Source of the DNA: Felis catus
Taxonomy: Eukaryota
Length of the DNA: 64,000 nucleotides
Direction: 5' to 3'
Assembly: GCF_018350175.1 (NCBI RefSeq)
Contig: NC_058373.1
Span: forward strand, 116,500,001-116,564,000
Made by a program: the position numbers and the translations under genes. The notes beneath the pieces are model-generated. The model saw only the letters and a list, made by a program, of their open reading frames with translations. It searched no databases and was not told the DNA's origin. This document shows positions 12,591-23,516 of the stretch, piece after piece. Numbering within the stretch: the first letter of the stretch is position 1; each line of letters begins with the position of its first letter.

Positions 12591-14729
12591 GCTAGACCTA
12601 GAGCAATATAAAAATGTATAGGATCTATTTGTTCTCAAAATGCTTATTATTTTAGTTTCTAAAAATGAATGAGAGAGTTAAATAATGGCATATGTGTAAG
12701 AGGAGATCTAGGAGGGAAATCATCAGCTGTGGATGGAAAGGTTTGAGAGAACGTCTGGAAGAAGTTGGATGTAAGGTGGGTCTCATGTGATAGGTAGGGT
12801 GGGGACACTGGGGAAGTGTCATGTGATAGGGTGGGGACACTGGGGAGCAAGCACAAGGGATTACCATTATTGTACGCTTTTCAGGAGACGACTTTGTACA
12901 TGGTATTCATTCTTCCTTCTCCTTGCCTCATCCTCCTAGAGTAAACTGAGGATTTCAATAATGTGATTTAGAAAAACGCAACATGTAAAATAGTTTGCCC
13001 CTTATTTCATAATTGCTCATCCAAGCAAATCCAGTGATATTTAGAAATCGTTGTGCAATACACAGTTCAGATCTTGTTTAAACCAAGAAATATAGAAGAA
13101 TGAGAAGTCAAAGAGTACAGGGACTGGTCGGAAGAACCACTAGGCATTTGATCCCACGCATAAATTATGTTTAACAGTGATGGCAACAGCGATATATGTA
13201 GAATGGAGATGCTCTTTTTTTTGTCTTTTTCCTGTGAAATGTGGATTATGCTTTTGGAAAAGAACTTATCAAGAGTTCTTTGAAGCAAACAAAAGAATTT
13301 CTGTGCCTAGAATGAGGAACACCGGCTTCAAAGACTTTAGTAGAGGACTCCAGGCTCTTCCTAAATTGGGCGTGCCTATGTTGCTACCCTTATTTCTCAG
13401 CATTCTTAGATAGCGGTGCTGATAGTTCAGTCTCCTCCAGGTCTCTCCAGTGTGTCCTTCTCCCATACAGGGCTCGTTAGCAGCCAATGCTTGCCATAGA
13501 GTAGGTGCTCAAAACTACTGGCTGGACGCACATTCGTTTCTCACACGTGCTGCTTTGCCAGCCTAGAGCCACCTTCTTTGACGTCTCTGCCTCTGTTTAC
13601 CTAAAGCTCACACACCCTATATGAAGTCTTTTCCCACCACGTGAATCTCTTTTCTCTAAACAACAGCATCTGTCAGCTGCATCCCTGTTGGGAACAACAT
13701 GTGCCTCCCACATATTGGGCTGTTCAGGCCACTTCTTTGGTCCCAACCACATTCTCATGTTTTCCTTTCCCCTTTCCAGTACTACCCAGTTGCTCCGGGT
13801 GAGAGAGTGACATGGACGAAGCCCAGAGAACATGGCAGTCAGGGAACGGTTTGTAGGTCAGTGATTTCGATGGCGTGTCCATCAGGAAGCATCCCTAAAA
13901 AGCAGACTCGAAATCACTTTCTCCAAAGCTTTGACATGTTTCTGCTTCCCAGACACAGTGTTGTTGCAGTGTGACCATAGTCTCCCAAACTCTTGCTGGA
14001 AATCTCAAACCTTAAACAGTTGTGACATATCAGTCTATTAAGCTAAGTGGCTTCATGCCTAACAGCTCTGCTTCAGGGCGAGGCAACATCCTAGCTGGAA
14101 GGCTGCTGAGCTAGAAACATTATCTTCCCTGTTTTCCCAGGAAGATGAGGCCCGATTGCTCTGCCTTTCCTTTGTGATCCAAATGCTCTGCTGCAAGGGT
14201 CAGCCTTCTCTGGTTTGTGATTGACAGGTTTGCCAAGGGTTATAACTGGTCTAACCACTTGCCCTACACGTGAGGACTGAAGTGTTTTGGAATTTATCCG
14301 GTGATCGCAGAGCTCTGACTACAATTTCTTAGCGTGCCTGAGATCTATTTCTCACAGAAGTTATCTCTGCCCTTTATTTTCCCCTCTAACACCTCAAGCT
14401 TTGGCTCCGCATCGCAATTTATTTGAATGCCAGGTGTTGTTAGATAAACAGACATTTGAATTATGAGAAACTAGAGATTATTAGACAGGGGATTTTTCTC
14501 TTTTTCATTTTAAATTATCTCCTAAAATTTACTCCTGGTTTCACTGATTTATTGTCTTTGAGAATTATTGAAAGTTTATGAACAGGAACTATATAATACA
14601 TCAGCTTCTCCTCTAGGCTGTAGACTTGTTAGTGGCAGGGAGTGTGGTATCATTCCTCCATATTCCCCGTGTTGTGCACTGAGCCTGGGCTTTACTACGT
14701 GCTCTACAAATGTCTGGTGAACAAGCTCC

Positions 14730-15170
14730 GTGTTGGATTAAAGATGGCCACAGAGTCTTTACCATTCCTCTCTCTTGTTACATAGGCCGGTGATGCAATT
14801 GCTTGACCAAGAGAATATGGTAGAGGTAATAGGCCAATTTCCAGGCCCACACCTTACGATGCTGGCGGCTTCCACTTCCTGTCCCCCAGAACACCCTTTC
14901 TGGAAGGTCTGCCAGCTACCTCCGACTCCCCTGAGACTGCTTCGCTCAAGAAGCCAGGTAGCAGTGCCCGCAGAGTTCAGCCTCCCACCCATACCCACCA
15001 AGGTGTAGACAGATGGGTGAAATCTCCAGACTACCAACTTGGAACAGAAGAATCACCTGGCTGTGCTCTGCCTGAATTCTCTGACCCGAACATTGTGAAA
15101 TATAATACAATGGTGGTTGTTTTAAGCCTCTAGGTTTGAGGGTAACTTATTACGTAATAACACAGAAGCA
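14730..15170 (+). mobile_element. MaLR solo LTR (MLT1G/H-like)
   Basis: tggattaaagatggccac..gcttgaccaagagaatatggtagag..ttgttttaagcctctaggtttgagggta. Confidence 0.75.
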
Positions 15171-16492
15171 GAACACAATCCTGAGAGAGCGGCCTGGAGT
15201 ATGGTTAGCATCCCAGAGAGCCACTTTACTCATAACTATTGTTCATCCGAGTTGGTCTGATTCACCACCCCGAGTGATGGGCCAGTAAATGTTCTTTCAT
15301 CTTGTGTGCTCCCAGGCAGCCCAGACCAGAGACGCAGACCAGTCTCAGGACACAGAGGTTTCAAATGGGATTGTATCCAGTGCTTGGAGCCCAACAGGAC
15401 TGAGTCATCTTGTTTCTTTCTCCTGGTTATTGGAAGAGTTCGCTTGCTGAATAGTAGTCACATTTCTAATAGAATGGGACTGGATGGAAATTAGATAGAA
15501 GACTCAAAGCCTGTTCATGGTAACGATGGAGCGAGAACCTCCCAACTAATGAACATAACGACACACAGCAGATTCCTTCCTGTCCTGTCCTTACGGCAGG
15601 TCTAGAGAAATATGGTTGCAAAATTCTGACTGCAGACGGGCTGAAGAATAAGAGAAATTCAAGCAGAGAAGAGGGAGGGCCAGTGAAAAGTTATCTTCAT
15701 TCTGTGTGTACTTGGGATTTCTGGTTCAAAGGCCTGGAAAACATCTTATTAGCATTTTAATTTTTTCTGAAAGTAATTGAAGGGAACAACTCAAGAATTA
15801 AATAATGACAAGATAATGGCCTAATAAGAAAAACCCTTGGGTAGGGTGTTAAGAAACTTCAGTTTCAGTCCCAACACCTTGAAAACGATGTGACTTATTT
15901 CTTAACTCTGTTTTCTTGTTGTAAAATGATACCTTAATGGAAATTATGTGGCTTGAACTGCAGGAGAGGAGATACAAAGTGGCTTACAAAGAAAAAGAAA
16001 TAACGTATGATTAATTAGTAGTACCAACTCTTGGGAAGTTTGGAACAGAAAACTCTTCAAACATACAACCTCTTTTTTAAAATCGATACAAATAGATCAC
16101 TCTTTACTATTACACAAATGCCGATTATTAAGTTTATATAAAAATCAGTTTGGCTGGATAATAAAAGACAACTAAAAGAACGAGTGAGACATAGAAACAG
16201 CAGCATTATCTAAGAAGTATTCACCATCTAGACTGTTTCTGCTGCATATTGAGCTGGGTGTCGCAAGGCACAGGCTGTGAACTGAAGGCCGGACCAGCGG
16301 GTGACCAAGTGGCCCCTCTCGGGATCAGGGACCACAGTAGCCCCAGGAAGAGCCTGCAGGGGCACTGGCTCAGTGCAGCTCTCCTAAGCTATCAGAAGAG
16401 ACCTGGTAGTCTGACAGCTGCTGTCGCAGAGTGAACACATACTCAAAAGGAGAAGCCGTTTCTTTTGTCTAATGGGCAATGCTAGTGTTTCT

Positions 16493-16665
16493 CAAGTCGT
16501 GCTCTGTAGACCTACGGCAGCCCTGAGGTGCTTACTCAACATGTCTAATCCCAGGACTCTCTCAAGACCAACTACAGCTGAATCTCTGCACCTGGGGCCC
16601 AGGAATCTACATTTAACAGGCACAGTGGGTGCTTTTACTGGGCATCCCACGGTTAGGGACTGCTG
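16493..16665. mobile_element. MER5-family MITE
   Basis: agtgtttctcaag..gaatctctgcacctggggcccaggaatctacatttaaca. Confidence 0.65.
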
Positions 16666-16729
16666 CCCTGCACTCCCTTGCGTGTGATTGTCCACAAATA
16701 TGCCACATTCACTCTGACCTCAGTTCTTT

Positions 16730-16941
16730 TTTTTGTAATGTGTATTTATTTTTGAGAGAGAGAGAGAGACAGGGCGTGAGCAGGGGAGGGGCAGAGAGAG
16801 AGGAAGACACGGAATCTGAAGCAGGCTCCAGACTCTACACTGACAGCAGAGAGCCCAAGGCAGGGCTCGAACTCATGAGCCGTGAGATCGTGACCTGAGA
16901 TGAAGTCGGGCACTTAACCCACTGAGTCGCCCAGGCGCCCC
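16730..16941 (-). mobile_element. Can-SINE
   Basis: TSD tgacct(c/g)agttcttt. Confidence 0.93.
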
Positions 16942-18103
16942 TGACCTGAGTTCTTTTGCTCACTGTTTCTCCCTCCAGGAATGTCCCACCTCCCTTCATC
17001 TTCACCACAGGAGCTAAGATCCGCTGGCTTCATGGAGCCATCACTAACTTCTTGATCTCTTTTCCATAAATTCTAAGTATGCCGCTAATCCTGTTTTATC
17101 CTCTTTGGTAACGTCTTTCATTTGCACACTATAGTCAATCCCCCTTCCTGGCTTAATTCCATTAATTCCTGCCCTGGGCAGAAAGATCCCGCTTTAAATA
17201 GTTCCCCTGTTTGATAAAGCCTGTCCCCTAACCATCTTTTATTTTGAGTAAGTGTTTTTACATCTTGTCTTTCAAGACAGAAGGAAGGGTGAGGCCTAGA
17301 GCTTTGTAAGGGGAGGAAGTCCCAAGGAGCAGATACCTTGCAGGGAGAGCTGCAGGGCCTTATTGATTGGATCTCAAAAAGCACAAGATTTCTTCCACCA
17401 CTATTGATCGTTTTGGGGTTTTTTCCCCTTACATTATCCCCTTTGGCATCAAAATCAATTGAAACTTAATTGAAGACTTAATATTTCTGTCTTCTCCCCG
17501 GCTACGTATATGATAATTTCCTTAAGGGATGAAGCCTAGTCTTATACCTCTCACATAACCCCTCCACCCTTCATTTTTTTTTGTGGTCTGCTCTTCCTCT
17601 TCCTGGGAACTGTCACCCCCAAGGTCTTGTCATGGATCCTTCATGTCATTTTGCACAACATGGCCTCAGACTGCTGGTCACAGTTGTTGGGTCTAGAGGC
17701 AGGCACCTGACCAGTCAGGTCCTTCTCTCTCCGGGTATCTTGCAAACTTGGGAGATGTTTGAGTCTGGAATGAATCTGGGAGGTATTTTCCTTATGTGGA
17801 CCAAAGAAAGTCAAGGAAACCATTGTGCAGAGAGAACGCGGTAGCAGGCGATGCAGAGAGAATAGCACAAGGGTGATGGAAAGAGCTTGGAGGGCACTGT
17901 ATTTCTACATTTCTGCATTTGTATTTTATTGTGTTAGTATCTTTTGGAGCTCAGGGTTTCCAGAAGTTTCCCTGTTTTATGTAAGCTCATTCTGAAGGCT
18001 TTAAGAAATCTGGAAAGACATGGAGGACAAGGAGGGAAAAGGGGGTTGTGCATGGCTTTTAGATAACCAACCCACAGAGTCTAAGAAAATGTTTGTAATC
18101 TCA

Positions 18104-18208
18104 GGGCACCTGGCTCAGTCGGTACAGTGTGCAACTCTTGATCTTGGGGTTGTGAGTTCGAGTCCCATGTTGGTGTAGAGATTACTTAAAAATAATATCT
18201 TTAAAAAA
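18104..18208 (+). mobile_element. Short old Can-SINE (tRNA-like head plus gtagagattacttaaaaata tail)
   Basis: Same short type as the copy at 55906. Confidence 0.85.
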
Positions 18209-18265
18209 TGCATGTTAACTCATTTAATCCTCAAAACAACCATGTGTTTAAAAAAACAAACATGT

Positions 18266-18466
18266 GGGGCACCTGGGTGGCCCAGTTGGTTAAGCGTCTG
18301 ACTTTGGCTCAGGTCACGATCTCACGGTTGGTGAGTTCGAGCCCACATTGGGTTCCCTGATGTCAGCACAGACCCTGCTTTGGATCCTCTGTCTCCCCTC
18401 TCTGCCCCTCCCTCACTTGCTCTTTCTCTCTCTCAAAAATAAATAAACATTAAGTAAGTAAATAAA
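18266..18466 (+). mobile_element. Can-SINE
   Basis: A/B boxes, CT tract, tail. Confidence 0.92.
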
Positions 18467-18506
18467 CAATCATGAATATTATTCCCACTTTAAAGGCAAG
18501 AAAACC

Positions 18507-18721
18507 GGGGCACATGGGTGGCTCAGTCGGTTAAGCATCCAACTTCAGTTCAGGTCATGATCTCGGAGTTCTTGAGTTCGAGCCCCGCAGTGGGCTCTGT
18601 GCTGACATTTCAGGGCCTGGAGCCTGCTTCAGATTCTGTGTCTCCCTCTCTCTCTTCCCTGCTCACTCTCTGTCCCTCTCCCTCTCTCCGAAATAAATAA
18701 ACACTGAAAAATAAAATTAAA
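18507..18721 (+). mobile_element. Can-SINE
   Basis: TSD taaaggcaagaaaa(c/t)c. Confidence 0.93.
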
Positions 18722-20631
18722 TAAAGGCAAGAAAATCAAGGCTTAGGTAAGTAACTTTTTCCAAAGCCATGGAACGTTTGGAGGTAGAGGTGGGGTGTGA
18801 GGCCAGGTCCCTCTGACCCCACCATGCAGAACTGCCCTCAGGTGAAGACTAGTAGGTGTGACACTTTCATTTTTGCTCCCCTAATATCAGTCCCAGCTGG
18901 AGGGATTTGAATGGCTTCTATAGACCAATCCTGAATCTTCAAGTAGTCCCCAGTTACTTGACAGGGATTGTGATTTGAGCCGTCCTCAGAGGAAGTGTGG
19001 AACAAAGAAAGCATAACCGCCCAGCAGCCCAGGGACTAGGCACTAAGAGTGGGAGCAGCTGGGAGTAGCAGGTCCGAGAGTCCCACAGCCAACTGGAGCA
19101 GCTGGCACAGGCTGGCCGGGCCACAAGCGAGAAGGACACCCACTCTAGTGGCACCGACCACAAGAGCGCAACAGGACAAGGCTGAGGGATTGTCCCGAGT
19201 CTCTGCCCCTCTCCAACCTTCCAGCATGAGTTGTGGTGACCTTTGACATCTGGGATGGGGCTGGGAGTGGGGAATGGGTAGGAGGCAGGAGAGGCCAGGG
19301 GAAAGTAAAGACCACAGTTGGAAGGGCGAGATCAATGCAAACGAAGGGAGGTTCAGGAATCTTTGCTTGCTCAGGAGCAAAAGTCCAGACCTCAGATTCT
19401 TAACCAGAAGCATATAGACACGTGAAAGACGCTAACATGGCAACATACAAACGTTTAGTCCAAAGGGATGGGTTCTTCGCCCTCTCCTTTTGTGTTTAAA
19501 GAAATAAAAGTCCAGAAAAATTAAACATTAAACAACTTATTAAAGTTACAGTTGATCTGGTTGAGTTAGCATCTGGAAATCCAAGCTGGAATCCAAAGTC
19601 TAGTAGATTTTCCTCCACTCTACTGGCTGAGTATCTGCAGCATAAGTAAAAAATTACATGTAGTGGCCTTGGCTATTTCTCATACCTGAGTAAGTATACT
19701 CATCACTACCCCTCAAATGTTAAGGTCAAATGAGACGGAAAGAGACATTTACAAACTTCATCTCTGAAAAGTGATTTGTAAAGTTCAGAGTAAGTGATGA
19801 GCTGTTTTAAGACCCTAAACATATTTGAACTATCAGCATATTCATTGTTTCCTCTTTGCCCCCAAATAAAGGCTATGATGGCTTTAACATGCCTGTCATA
19901 CTCTTTGGTATGTCCACAAGCAGTCACCCTAATTACGTATGTTTCTTAATTGCATATGAACACACAATGTGTGACCGCTACAGAATCTGCTCTCTCCTTG
20001 GATCCCACAGGACAGGTGCAACTCGAGAGCTCCCACAGCTCCTGGGTTCTTGTGAACATTGCGGTGGCTCTGGCTGGCAATGGAAGGAGGCAGATGGTTC
20101 TGGGAGGCCACAGCCCATCACTTCCAAGTCATGAGCAAGCCTCTTTTCATTTCTAGGGATTTAAAAAGACAAGGGAGTGGAGGGAGACCTTTTTTTCCAC
20201 CTTCCTTCTCGACATATTCTCGATCATGGAATCTGATGAAAGGAATAAAGAGACAGGGTTAGTTGGAAGGAAATTTCCAGTTCCTGAGAGAATGTTCACA
20301 TTATTTTAAGCAGCACAAAGAGCTCCCTGAAAGGAGATACTACTGGAGAAATGAATAAAAAATCTTTGAAATGGTTCAGAGAAGGTAGATTTCTTAAAAA
20401 AAAAAAGTATAGCTGGGGTAGTATGCGCTGATGCTGATGTAGAAAAAGGTCAAAAGGGTTGGTGAGCCAGAACTTTCAGTCCTTCTGGGATTTTTATTGA
20501 ACCCATGATAGCAAGAAAATCATCAGCAAACCAGGAATGACATGAACAGCTCAAGGAGTATGTTTCAATAGAACATACCTATGAGAATGAGAGAAAATTT
20601 GTGAGGGTGCTTTTAATTAAAATGTTATCTA

Positions 20632-20801
20632 GGGATGTCTGGGTAGCTCAGTGGGTTAAGCGTCTGACTTCGGCTCAGGTTATTATCTCACTGCTTGGCT
20701 TGTGAGTTCGAGCCCCGAGTCAGGCTCTGTACTGACACCTCAGAGTCTGGAACATGCTTTGAATTCTGTGTCTCCCTCTCTCTCTGCCCCTCCCCCACTC
20801 A

Positions 20802-20846
<45 letters not shown>

Positions 20847-20865
20847 AAACATAAATAAACATTAA
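20632..20865 (+). mobile_element. Can-SINE with expanded (CT)n
   Basis: TSD aaaatgttatcta at 20619-20631 and 20866-20878. Confidence 0.93.
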
Positions 20866-20878
20866 AAAATGTTATCTA

Positions 20879-21072
20879 GGGGCACCTGGGTGGCTCAGTC
20901 GGTTGAGCGGCTGACTTTGGCTGAGGTCATGATCTCTTGGTTGGTGGGTTTGGGCCCTGCATCAGGCTCTGTGCTGACAGCTTAGAGCCTAGAGCCTGCT
21001 TCAGAATCTCTCTCTCTGCCTCTCCCCTACTCATGCTCTTTCAAAACTAAATAAATGTTCAAAAAATTTTTA
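20879..21072 (+). mobile_element. Can-SINE, head-to-tail with the previous copy
   Basis: SINE body followed by aaaattatcta. Confidence 0.92.
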
Positions 21073-21590
21073 AAAATTATCTAAATCCAATAGATCAGCA
21101 ACTATAAGCTACTGCCTTCCACATTTATGACTCTAGTTCTGACCTCTTCTCTGACCCATGGATTTCTATGTGTGCTATGCCTCCTAAACGCAAATTTGAA
21201 TACACCTCTGCCTTGCTGAAAATCTTTTAATGGCTCCCTATCACTTACAGAAGAAAGACCAAGCTTCTTAACATATCCACAAGGCCCCCTGTGACTGGTC
21301 TTCATTCTCTGTTGCTGATATTGGTGCCTAAGCCTGGGGTTGGCTCCCCCCCTTTGCCCCTATATCTTTGTGACTCAAAAAGCTCAAGGAGGCTTCCTAA
21401 AAGATACGCTTTCTTCCCTTTCTGGGGGAAGGTGAGGCCAGGTAAGTGATTTTGCCACCCCATCAGGATGGAAGCTTTGACTCTGCTCTGCTGTTAAACT
21501 TCATTCCTTCCTTCCACAAACGTTCATGGAGTGCCTTGCTTGTGTTAGGAATCGTGCTGGGCAGTGGGGACTTAAGTATGAACAAGACAT

Positions 21591-21810
21591 GGGGCACCCG
21601 GACGGCTCAGTCGGTTGAGCATCCGACTTTGGCTCAGGTCATGATCTCACGGTTCGTGGGTTCGAGCCCTGTGTCAGGCTCTGCACTGGCAGCTCGGAGC
21701 CTGGAGCCTGCTTCCGGTTCTGTGTCTCCCTCTCTCTCTGCCCCTCCCCCGTTCATGCTCTGTCTCTCTCTGTCTCAAAAATAAATAAACGTTAAAAAAA
21801 ACAATTTTAA
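21591..21810 (+). mobile_element. Can-SINE
   Basis: Typical body and tail. Confidence 0.93.
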
Positions 21811-22811
21811 AACAGCATTGCCTGCTTATCCAACAAACATGCATTGAAGGCCTACTCTATACACGCCAGGCACTGTGCTGGGAATACAGCACGAACAAGG
21901 CAGACATCAACTCCTGTGTTGGGGATCTTACCTTATGAATGCAAGAGAGAGAGAGAGAGAGAGACACCTACAAAATAACACACGGTTAAGAAGAAAGAGC
22001 ACCAGGAGCAAGCAGGCAAATGAAGAAAACAGTGACCTTTGAACAGACACCTAAAGAAACTCAGGGAGTGAGACACACAGACATTTGGGGGAAGAGCTTT
22101 TCAGGAAGAGGGAACAGCAAATGCAGGGCCTGGAGGCAGGAGAGTGTCTGGTGTATTCAAGGGAACAGAGAGAAGCCTTTGTAGCCTAGGGGGAGGTGTG
22201 CGGGGCGCAGAGGAAGGGGATGAAGTCGGTGCTGTACAGGGGAGTCAGAGAGAACGTTTCCCTGGTCCAGAATGGGAACTCTGGCTTTTTCTCTGAATGA
22301 CATGAGAAAACCTGAAGGCTTTTGAGCAGGGAAGTAACCTGATCTGACTTACTTACGTTCCACACCGTAGGTCCTGTATATAGAACAAATTATTGGGGGG
22401 GAAAGGGCAGGAATAGAGAGATGAGAAAGGGATACCTCTAGGGAGAATATTGTGATTATCCAAGTGAGAAAAGGCTTGAACCAGAGACTTGCATTTGGTA
22501 GAAAGTGATGGGATTCTACACGTATTTTAAAGGAAGTGCCAACAGAATTCACTAATGGTCTGGACATGTGCCATGAGAGAAGTAGAGAAGTCAAGGATGG
22601 CCCCGGACTTTTGCTCTGATCAGAAACCTCTGAAGCTCTGGAAGGGTGCCCTTAACTGAGGTGGGGAAGATTGTAGGAAGGAACTGTTTTTTTGGGGGGA
22701 GGGGGCGGGGAATATCTGGAGCTTTTCAGTTTTACACAGGTGAAGTTTGACATACCTTTTACACAGGTGAAGTTTGACATCTAGTTGAAGATGTTAACTA
22801 GGAGATGGATG

Positions 22812-23516
22812 TGTTAACCTTAAAAATAAAACCATCAGTTGTTCTACCAACAAAATGGGTTTACTCAGGAATAATGGAGAACTACATTCAGGACAAGCAA
22901 GTTATGGAGAAACCACAGGCTAATCCAACAAAGAACGACAGTATTTTATGCAGAAAGAGGAGGAAGTTACGGGGACTTGTTTTGAAGGGAAGTCCATGGG
23001 GCGCCTGGCTGGCTCAGTCGCTTAAGTGTCCGACTTCATCTCAGGTCATGATCTCACGGGTCGTGGGTTTGAGCCCCTAGTTGAGCTCTGTGCTGTCAGT
23101 TCAGAGCCTGGAGCCTGCTTCAGATTCTGTGTCTCTCTCTCTCTCTCTGCCCTTCCCCCACTCACAGTCTCTCTCGCTCTCAAAAATAAATAAACATTAA
23201 AATAATAATAAAATATGGAGGAAGGGAAGTCTGCTGGAGAAAAGCAGGAGTTCAGGGTGATGATGGTTTCTCATTGGCTGAGTTGTGGGAGTAGTGGATT
23301 TCTTGTAGGAGATGCAATATACATCTTTTCCCTGTTGAGGCCTGTAATTGATTATCCTTTCCTGTTAAGGATTCTTCTGCCCAAGGTGTGTAATTGACAC
23401 TTCTAGTGGGAGTCTGTAATTGACAATTGTTTCTGTAATTGAGGTTGAGTGGTAGGGCTCCCTCTTCTAGCTTCTGGACTCCACCTTAGTGAGGTTTCCC
23501 TTTATTAGTTTTCACA
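22812..23516 (-). mobile_element. Solo LTR, probably ERV1 class
   Basis: TG..CA termini with 4-bp TSD GATG (22808-22811, 23517-23520); interrupts L2; contains a SINE; strand inferred from TATA/polyA-like motifs. Confidence 0.75.
22998..23214 (+). mobile_element. Can-SINE inside the LTR
   Basis: SINE body; gaagggaagtc repeated at 22984 and 23221. Confidence 0.92.

Noticed and set aside
18104..18208. tRNA gene (also at 55906 and 11190)
   Set aside because: The tRNA-like head is followed by a SINE-specific tail and TSDs and lacks a proper acceptor stem, so it is a SINE
21436..21447. Perfect donor CAG|GTAAGT upstream of the promoter
   Set aside because: Isolated, set among repeat fragments, with no supportable exon or promoter; expected by chance
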